From: Desulfobacteraceae bacterium
GTDB lineage: Bacteria; Desulfobacterota; Desulfobacteria; Desulfobacterales; JAABSP01
NCBI GenBank assembly: GCA_011390345.1
Contig: JAABSP010000005.1
Coordinates: 36,004 to 100,003, forward strand
Reading direction: 5' to 3'
DNA: 64,000 nt
Shown here: positions 57,495 to 64,000 of the stretch, piece by piece
How the letters are laid out: each line of letters begins with the position of its first letter
Position numbering within the stretch: the stretch's first letter is position 1
The notes under the pieces: generated by a model
Databases searched by the model: none
Told to the model about the DNA's origin: nothing
The model's input: the letters and a program-made list of their open reading frames with translations, nothing else
Made by a program: the position numbers and the translations under genes

Positions 57495-58934
57495 CTACCG
57501 TTTCACAACCACTCTGTTCTTCGCGTTCACGACCGAGATGGAGATTCCGTTACCGCCGTCCAGGCGGTGGGTGGCGCAGGAGACTCATGGGTCGTAGGCG
57601 CGCACCGCCATCTCCACCCGGTTTAGTATCCCTTCATCCACATGGCCGTCATGAATCAGGGTCTTCGCGGCCTGGTGGACGCTCATGTTGATGGGGCCGA
57701 GATTGTGGGTGGTTCCCACGATCATGTTGGCCCGGGTGATGAGGCCGTTTTCGTCGGTGGAGTAGTCGTGGATCAGGGTGCCGCGGGGGGCCTCCACGCA
57801 GCCGACGCCCCGGCCCGCCTTGGGCTCTGCGGGGACCCGGATGTTCGGGTCCGTGATCTCCGGGTCATTGAGCAGCTCGATCGCGTGCTCGCAGGCATAG
57901 ACCTCCTCGATGAGGCGGGCCCAATGATACAATAAGGTGGCCTGTGCCGGCCGACCGAACTTCTCCCGGAACTCCTCCAGCTCGGCCTGGGCCTTTGGCG
58001 TTGAGATCCTGTCGGCCACGTTGATCCGGGCCAGACAGTTGGAGCGGTAGATCCCCTTGGGCGCGTCCAGATCCAGGGAGAAGCCTTCGTTCCAGAATCT
58101 GGCATACGGCATCTTGCCGAAGGAGTAGGGCTCCACATGCTCGCCGATGTAGTCGGTATAATCGGCCGGGTCGAAGTCGGTATATGTGGAGTCCGGCTTC
58201 ATCATCCGGATCTTGCCGTGATACAGGTTCAATGATCCGTCATCATGCACCGTGCCGATGAAGCCGGTGTTGATGACGCCGATGGTCTGTACCGCGTCCA
58301 GGTAATTGGGAAAGACCTGGGTCTTGGCAAATTCGATGGTGAAGAGCGCAAACTCGAGCAGCTCCTCCATCTGGGCTAGGATCTCCTTCCGATCGGCCTC
58401 GAGCAGGGGCTTGGCAAATCCGCCGACCACGCCGGCCACCGGATGGATCGCCTTTCCCGCGAACTTCTCCAGAATCATCTTGGCCATCTGGCGCATCTTG
58501 ACCACTTTCCCGGCCAGCTCCGGGTTGGCCTTCGCGATCCCGATGACGTTCCGGGCTGCGTAATCCGCATCAGGGCCGATGACGAAATCGGCCGCCGCGA
58601 GAAAGAAGAAGTGGAGCAGCTTGTCTTCCGCGTGCGCGATGGTCTGCATCAGCTCCCGCAGCTTCTGACCGGCCCGGGGCGGCGTTACGCCGAAGCAGCC
58701 GTCCACGGCCTTGTTGGATGCCAGGTGATGGTGCCAGGGGCAGATGCCGCAGATCCGGTTGACGATCCGGGGCAGCTCCTCGGCCGGTTTTCCTTCCACA
58801 AATTTTTCAAACCCCCGCAATGACATGAAGTGGACCTTGCTGTCGGCCACATTGCCGTCGTCATCCAGTTGGATCTTGATGGCCGCGTGCCCCTCGATCC
58901 GTGTGATGGGGGAGATGTTGATGGTTCGGGCCAT
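57495..58934 (-). CDS. mvhA: [NiFeSe]-type hydrogenase large subunit, Mvh/Vhu (group 3c-like), with in-frame UGA (Sec) at 57585-57587
   Basis: The ATG at 58934 (MARTINISPITRIEGH) follows AAGGAGA. The N-terminal Ni motif is RICGICPWHH. ORF-track translation stops at ...RAYDP+TGA. My read-through gives U-VSCATH-RLDGGNGISISVVNAKNRVVVKR then TAG at 57495-57497, which restores the DPxxxCxxH motif. Confidence 0.85.
57552..57568 (-). promoter_or_regulatory. SECIS-like hairpin downstream of the mvhA UGA
   Basis: RNA ACCGCC-UGGAC-GGCGGU: a 6-bp stem and 5-nt loop, with the stem starting 16 nt after the UGA. Confidence 0.6.
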
Positions 58935-58939
58935 AGATT

Positions 58940-59872
58940 TCAATTCTCCTTTTTGTGCGCAGGACGCAGCCGTCCGTGCGCGCCTGAAAATCTCAGCAGC
59001 GATGGGATCTCCGGAAGGCTCTTCACATCGATGCCGTTGGATGCCAGCGCGTTGAGCATGCCGAGCATCTGGTTTCCGTTCTGCTTCACCGGGCCGTAGC
59101 AGCCCCGGCAGGGGACCCGGGCCGAGATGCACCGGGGGTCGATCTTGTCGCCGCCGCAGCCGGCCCTGGTTACGGGGCCCATGCAGAGGACCCCCTGCTC
59201 CAGAAGGCAGCGCATCCGGTCAAGGGGCTCGTCGCTCCTGTACTGGGGAGACTGGAGAAAGCGGCGCAGCTTCTTTACCTGGCCCTTGCCCTCCCGGATC
59301 GTTGGGCAGGTGTCGCAGACGCTTCTGTCGGGAAGCGCGGCCGGCTGGCCCGTGAGCAAGCCGGCCAGCGCGGCAAAGACCTGGTCCGAGTGGGGCGGGC
59401 ATCCGGGGAGATAGACATCTACCGGGATCTTCTCGTCCAGCGCGTAACACCGGTCCAGCAGCTCCGGCAGTCCCTGGGAGGGAAAATCATCGGGCCGGTC
59501 CGTGGTTTCGGTGGAGTAGTACCGGCCCATGATCTCGTCGTTGGTGAAGGTGTTGACCAGCGCGGGAATCCCGCCGTGGGTCGCGCAGGTTCCGATCGCG
59601 ATGATCAACTTGCACTGTTTGCGCATCTCATGGGCCACCTCCAGATGCTCGGTGTTCCGGACCGAGCCGGAGATGATGCCGACATCGGCCTCGGGAATCG
59701 AAAGATGCCGGCCGTCTCCCAACTGTCCGTAATATTTATGATCCATCAGCACCGGGATGTGAACGAAATCCACCAGTTGGAGTACGTCCAGCAGGCGCTC
59801 TCCCATATCCACCAGGGAGATCTCGCACCCGGAGCAGGCATTCAACCATTCTTCGGCAACTCTTGCCGCCAT
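58940..59872 (-). CDS. mvhG: Mvh-type hydrogenase small subunit
   Basis: 310 aa: CSGCEISLVD...IAIGTCATHGGIPAL...LPGCPP...CTGC-like cluster ligands. The RBS GGAGGAGG precedes the ATG at 59872. Confidence 0.9.
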   Translation of the reverse strand: MAARVAEEWLNACSGCEISLVDMGERLLDVLQLVDFVHIPVLMDHKYYGQLGDGRHLSIPEADVGIISGSVRNTEHLEVAHEMRKQCKLIIAIGTCATHGGIPALVNTFTNDEIMGRYYSTETTDRPDDFPSQGLPELLDRCYALDEKIPVDVYLPGCPPHSDQVFAALAGLLTGQPAALPDRSVCDTCPTIREGKGQVKKLRRFLQSPQYRSDEPLDRMRCLLEQGVLCMGPVTRAGCGGDKIDPRCISARVPCRGCYGPVKQNGNQMLGMLNALASNGIDVKSLPEIPSLLRFSGAHGRLRPAHKKEN

Positions 59873-59884
59873 AAACTCCTCCTC

Positions 59885-61006
59885 CTATTGATGACTGAAA
59901 CTGTGCGATTTGCCGAGCTGCCGCCGGTTCTCCCGGGCCGCCTTCTTCTTTTTGGCGGACCACTTCCGGACAGTGCTCATGGCATCGGATGCGAATTTGG
60001 GGCTCTCCTTGTGGGTCAGCTCCTCGATATCATTGCCCCGGGCATCCGCGATGATCGCGCGGCCCAACGGGGTTCGGATCAGCACCGTGGTCCACCCTTC
60101 TTCTGCGCCGATGCCGCCAAAGGAGATGTCCGCGAACTCCGCGGAATAATCATCGCAGTACCGGCACGCGTACCGCTTCATGAAGTCGAGGTCGTCCAGG
60201 TCGATGCTGCGGTTCTCGCCGTTCTTCAGGTGGATCATCAAAGTCTCTTTCACATTGACCTTGTCAACGTCCTCCCATTTGAATCCGCCCATCTCCTCCA
60301 GCTTTTTCCGCTGGGTCTCCTGAAAGGTGAAGTTGCCGGTACAGAAGAGGCCCAGGTGGAACTGGATGCTGTCCGAGGGGACGATGCCCATCGCCTCCAT
60401 CTTCCGGATGGTCTCGATCTGGCACGGCGTGCCCACAAAGGCCACCCGGCGCAGGCCCCGGCGAATGACCGGAGCCAGCTCCTGGATGGAGGGGGAGTAG
60501 GTGGAGTAGGTGTCGCTGTAGAGATGCATGCCGTGGGAGGTGTCGAAGTGAAAGCCCCCGGCCTCGATGATCTCCTCTCTGGTGGTGGCCAGGGCAGGCT
60601 CCCGGTGGAACATTCCCACGGGGCGGCTGACGATCGCGCCGTCGATGCGGCCGATCTCCATCAGGTGGGTCAGCAGGGCCGTGACCGCGCCGCCGTCGGT
60701 CGCGTTTTCCCGGATCTTCGAATCCGTTGCCCGGGCAACGGTGGTCTCGATCACCCGGCCTAAGGGCATGCTCCATGCAGCCTGGCGCCGGATCTCCTGG
60801 TCCAGCTCCCCGATCTCGGGGCAAATCGCGTAGCAGATGCCGCACTCGATGCACTTCTCCATGTCCTTGTACCGGGGTCTGCCGGTCCCGTCCATCTCCA
60901 GCGCACCGTAGTTGATGGCGGTGCAGAAGGAGACGCAGCCGCCGCAGTGGTGGCAGAATCCCGGCTTCTGGACCTCCTGCATCAGGTTGAAAAATGTCTT
61001 CATCAT
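59885..61006 (-). CDS. FrhB/FdhB-family (F420-hydrogenase beta-like) iron-sulfur flavoprotein
   Basis: 373 aa. The N-terminal ferredoxin-type motif is CIECGICYAICP, followed by ATDGGAVTALL...VAFVGTPCQIETIRK. Confidence 0.75.
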   Translation of the reverse strand: MMKTFFNLMQEVQKPGFCHHCGGCVSFCTAINYGALEMDGTGRPRYKDMEKCIECGICYAICPEIGELDQEIRRQAAWSMPLGRVIETTVARATDSKIRENATDGGAVTALLTHLMEIGRIDGAIVSRPVGMFHREPALATTREEIIEAGGFHFDTSHGMHLYSDTYSTYSPSIQELAPVIRRGLRRVAFVGTPCQIETIRKMEAMGIVPSDSIQFHLGLFCTGNFTFQETQRKKLEEMGGFKWEDVDKVNVKETLMIHLKNGENRSIDLDDLDFMKRYACRYCDDYSAEFADISFGGIGAEEGWTTVLIRTPLGRAIIADARGNDIEELTHKESPKFASDAMSTVRKWSAKKKKAARENRRQLGKSHSFSHQ

Positions 61007-61020
61007 CCGTCTCCTTTGGG

Positions 61021-62313
61021 TTAGAGGCCCACTTGGGCCAGATCGGAGCCGAGGTACTCCCGTTCGTTTTCCCCCAGTATGCCTAAAGAGAGGCAGATCA
61101 GGGTCCAGAGGTGGACCGTCTGATATCCGCCTTCATAGTGCTCGCTCAGGTCGTGGATCTGCGCGTGGCAGTTGTGGCACGGGGTGATGCAGTAGGCAGC
61201 ATTGGTGGCTTTGATCTGGTTGAACTTGGTTTTGCCGTAGGCCCGGCGGGCATCGGCCAGCCCCGACTGGAGGAATCCGCCGCCGCCCCCGCAGCAGAAG
61301 TTGTTGGAGCGGTTGGGGAGCATGTCCACGAAGTTCTCCTCGCCGACCACGGACCTGACCACGAAGCGCAGTTCCTCGGCCACGGGGTCGCCCAGGCTTT
61401 TCCGCACCAGTTGGCAGGGGTCCTGGACCGTGAACTTGATCTTCAGGTCCTTGTTCCAGTCGGATTTGACCGGGAGTTTGCCCTCTCTGATCCATTTCGC
61501 GTAGTATGGGATGATGCTTTCGATTTCGAAGTTGTGGGGGATGTTGTACTTTTTCAGTCCGGCCCGGACTGCAAAGAACTCGTGCCCTCACTCGGTGTTG
61601 AGCCAGACCTTGCAGCCCAGCTCTTCGACCGCATCCACCTTGGTGCGGATGATCCGCTCCCACCCTTCGTCGTCCGCGAGGAACATGCAGTAGTTCTCCG
61701 CGGCCCATCCTTTGGAGCCGTAGGTCCAGTTCGCGCCGACCTTCTGGAGGATCTTCCAGAGGGGGATCATCTCCTCGGGCTCTGTGACCGGCTCTCTGGA
61801 GTTCTGGTTCAAAAAGAAGGTTGCGCCTCTCTTGTCCATGGGCGCGACCAGGTCCTCGAAGCCCTCCTGAGTCTCCCGGACCTCTGCGGCAACATCTTCC
61901 ACCACAAAGTGCCAGTCCTCTTCGGATGTGCCCATCGCGCTGCAGGTGTCATGCTTGAGTGCTAAGTCGCATGAGCCCCGGATGCCCTTGGGCCGTTTTT
62001 CCCGGGGCCAGCTCTTGCGCACCTGGAAGATGAGCGCGGGGATGTCGATCCGCATGGGGCAGACATGGATGCACCGCTGGCATCCTGTACACATCCAGGC
62101 CCAGTCTGTGTTCAAAATCTCCTCGTCCATGCCGAGGGCCGCCATGCGGAGGAATTTTCTCGGGTCCATGTTCTCCAGGCCCGTTGCGGGGCAGCCGGAG
62201 CTGCAAGCACCGCAGGTGAGGCAGGCATTCAGATTGCCGCCGTCGGGCAGAAGAGACATGATCCGGTCTTTGAAGATGCTCTTCTCTTTGACTCTGCCGA
62301 TTTCAATGGCCAT
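61021..62313 (-). CDS. HdrD/DsrK-like Fe-S (2x[4Fe-4S] plus CCG domain) protein with in-frame UGA (Sec) at 61588-61590
   Basis: ORFs 61588..62313 and 61021..61407 are in the same frame, and I see no other stop between them. CLTCGACSSGCP and CTGCQRCIHVCP. The junction reads VWLNTE-U-GHEFFAV...VQDPCQLVR...FCCGGGGGF...TPCHNCH. The ATG at 62313 follows AAGGAGGG. Confidence 0.75.
61555..61571 (-). promoter_or_regulatory. SECIS-like hairpin downstream of the hdrD-like UGA
   Basis: RNA CAGUCC-GGGCC-GGACUG (one more G-C pair can form). The stem starts 16 nt after the UGA. Confidence 0.55.
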
Positions 62314-62326
62314 ATAATGCCCTCCT

Positions 62327-62752
62327 TTATGCGGCGTTTTCCTGTTTCAGGGGGTTGGGGCCGAGGGATCGGATCTTTTCCGTGAATGCGGTGACGACTT
62401 CCGCAAATCTCGGGGCCTCGGCCGATGAGACCCATTCGATGGCAAACCGCTCCGGGTCCATGCCGAGGGTTTCCAAAGAGATGCGGATCGCGTCCGCGCG
62501 GGCCAATGCTTTGTGATTACCTTCCAGGTAATGGCATTCGCCCAGGTGTCAGCCCATGACGATGGCGCCGTCTGCGCCTTTTATGAGCGCGTCCACCACG
62601 AATTCGGGGTGGACCATGCCGGAGCACATGACCCGAACGGCCCGCATGTTCGGGGGGTACTGAAGGCGTGAGACACCGGCGAGGTCGGCGCCGGCATACG
62701 CGCACCAGTTGCAGAGGAAGCCGATGATGACGGGTTCGAAGGGTTGTGGCAT
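62327..62752 (-). CDS. mvhD: methyl-viologen-reducing hydrogenase delta subunit (MvhD) with in-frame UGA (Sec) at 62549-62551
   Basis: The ATG at 62752 (MPQPFEPVIIGFLCNWCAYAGADLAG) lies 9 nt after AAGGAGA. ORF-track translation stops at ...GADGAIVMG+TGA. My read-through gives U-HLGECHYLEGNHKALARADAIRISLETLGMDPERFAIEWVS... then TAA at 62327-62329. Confidence 0.8.
62516..62532 (-). promoter_or_regulatory. SECIS-like hairpin downstream of the mvhD UGA
   Basis: RNA AUUACC-UGGAA-GGUAAU: a 6-bp stem and 5-nt loop, with the stem starting 16 nt after the UGA. Confidence 0.6.
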
Positions 62753-62832
62753 TATGGGGGTTCTCCTTTTTTTCATTGGTTAAAAGGACCAAAACGACAT
62801 AAACGACCCAGGGACACGATGGACGGTTTTGC

Positions 62833-64000
62833 TCAATTGAACAGGAGAGCGGCGTCTATCTGTGCCCGGATCTGGGCTGGGGTGAAGCCGTAGATGTTGA
62901 CGCCCTCCTTGGGGCAGGTGGCCGCGCAGAGGCCGCAGCCCTTGCAGAGGGCCGGGTCCGTTTTGATGCGGCGGGCCTGCCGGTCGTTATCCTGATATGT
63001 CTCGATGGTGATGGCCATGTAGGGGCAGACGTCCAGGCAGAGGCCGCAGCCGTCGCACTGTTCGGTTACATAGGATTTGACCGCGTCCAGCTTCATGGCT
63101 TTTTGGGCAAGCAGGACCCCGGCACGGGCCACGGCCGCCTTTGCCTGGGAGATGGCCTCGTCCACCGGCTTGGGATAGTTGCACATGCCGGCCACAAAGA
63201 GGCCCTCTACGGTCATGTCAACCGGGCGCAGCTTGGGATGGGCTTCGTTTATGAAGCCGTCTTCGTTGACGCCGCACTTGTAGAGATCCACCAGGTCCCG
63301 GGTTTCATTGGGGATCACGGCTGTGGCCAGCACCAGATGGTCGGCCCATATCCTGATCTCCTCCCGGAGGACCGGGTCGTGGGCCAGGACAAAGAGGTCC
63401 TCGCCCTCTTTCACCACCTGCGGCTTGGTCTCCCGGTGGTACCGGACAAAGAGCACGCCCATGTCCCGGGCCTGTTTGTAGAGGTCCTCCCGCGCTCCGT
63501 AGGTGCGGATATCCCGGTGAAGGATGGTGACGTTCATCTTGGGGTTGCGCTCTTTGAGGTAGATCGCGTTCTTCACCGAATGGGTGCAGCAGACCCGGCT
63601 GCAGTAGGGATGTTCATCGTTTCTGGAGCCGACGCACTGGATGAAGACGACGCTCTCCATCTCGGCCGCGCGCGCGCCTTCGGCCTCCTCCAGGCGGGCG
63701 TCGAACTCCAGGTGGGTGTAAACCCGGTTGTCGGTTCCGTAGAGGTACTCGTCGGGCTTGTATTCCCGGGCCCCGGTGGCGATAACGGCCGCGCCGTACC
63801 GGATCTCCCGCTCTCCTTGGCCCTCCACGGAGATCCGGCTGGTGAAATCCCCCACCGATCCCTCGCAGGATACCAGGTGCGCGTTCCTGAGTACCGTGAT
63901 CCCCTCGTGGTCCTCGATCCGCTGAATCATCTCCCGGAGCATGGGACGAATCGGCTCATGCTTCCAGGTGCTGCGCAGTGCCCAGGCGTTGCCGCCGAGC
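62833..64000 (-). CDS. hdrA: heterodisulfide reductase subunit A-like flavoprotein, C-terminal part (5' end lies outside the window)
   Basis: The frame is open from 62833 to the window edge; my translation upstream of 63942 reads ...LGGNAWALRSTWKHEPIRP-MLREMIQ. VVFIQCVGSRN...YCSRVCC, and the C-terminal ferredoxin motifs CDGCGLCLDVCP and CKGCGLCAATCP. Confidence 0.85.
   Translation of the reverse strand, partial: LGGNAWALRSTWKHEPIRPMLREMIQRIEDHEGITVLRNAHLVSCEGSVGDFTSRISVEGQGEREIRYGAAVIATGAREYKPDEYLYGTDNRVYTHLEFDARLEEAEGARAAEMESVVFIQCVGSRNDEHPYCSRVCCTHSVKNAIYLKERNPKMNVTILHRDIRTYGAREDLYKQARDMGVLFVRYHRETKPQVVKEGEDLFVLAHDPVLREEIRIWADHLVLATAVIPNETRDLVDLYKCGVNEDGFINEAHPKLRPVDMTVEGLFVAGMCNYPKPVDEAISQAKAAVARAGVLLAQKAMKLDAVKSYVTEQCDGCGLCLDVCPYMAITIETYQDNDRQARRIKTDPALCKGCGLCAATCPKEGVNIYGFTPAQIRAQIDAALLFN

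Noticed and set aside
58940-58942. The TGA stop of mvhG considered as a fourth Sec codon.
   Set aside because: The protein is already full length. The next gene's RBS and ATG follow within 10 nt, and there is no hairpin at the +17 position.

Overview
The window looks like a high-GC chromosomal segment from an anaerobic, probably sulfate-reducing Desulfobacterota-type bacterium. That guess rests on gene content only: Sec-containing mvh/hdr genes, sigma-54 regulators and many hybrid kinases. All calls come from reading the six-frame translations and the nucleotides; nothing was searched.

Layout:
- 1-20.2 kb: a dense signalling block, mostly on the minus strand. By my count the whole window has at least 11 receiver domains. 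The block includes a Che-like operon (MCP, CheW, CheA-REC) translationally coupled to partner-switching proteins: REC-PP2C and an unusual REC/NrtA-like/RsbW-like/STAS fusion.
- 20.7-28 kb: a 1456-aa AsmA/TamB-like envelope protein with a 12 x 15-bp in-frame tandem repeat, then miaA and an ExeM/NucH-type nuclease.
- 28-32.4 kb: a decayed accessory patch with a frameshifted transposase-like gene, ATPase gene remnants, an Rpn-like PD-(D/E)XK gene and a broken NACHT-remnant/pentapeptide/FGE-sulfatase gene.
- 32.6-40.5 kb: SagB-like and TolC genes, an MNT/HEPN toxin-antitoxin pair, then the most interesting candidate module: an ABC-type ATPase, a 975-aa RecQ with an extra Cys-containing C-terminal module, and two translationally coupled DUF488 genes.
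- 40.6-49.2 kb: trkA/trkH, a TauE-HK-NtrC operon with two sigma-54-type promoters, and an MscS-like channel.
- 49.3-57.5 kb: a RelE/ParE toxin-antitoxin pair with a palindromic operator, a haem-type sensor kinase, and a visibly AT-rich island carrying PAS-GGDEF-EAL and PEP-CTERM genes.
- 57.5-64 kb: an hdrA-mvhD-hdrD-like-frhB-like-mvhG-mvhA operon. Three apparent stops or splits in the ORF track are in-frame UGA codons at conserved Cys positions, each followed by a hairpin of identical geometry, so they are probably selenocysteine codons.

No rRNA, tRNA or CRISPR array was recognised.
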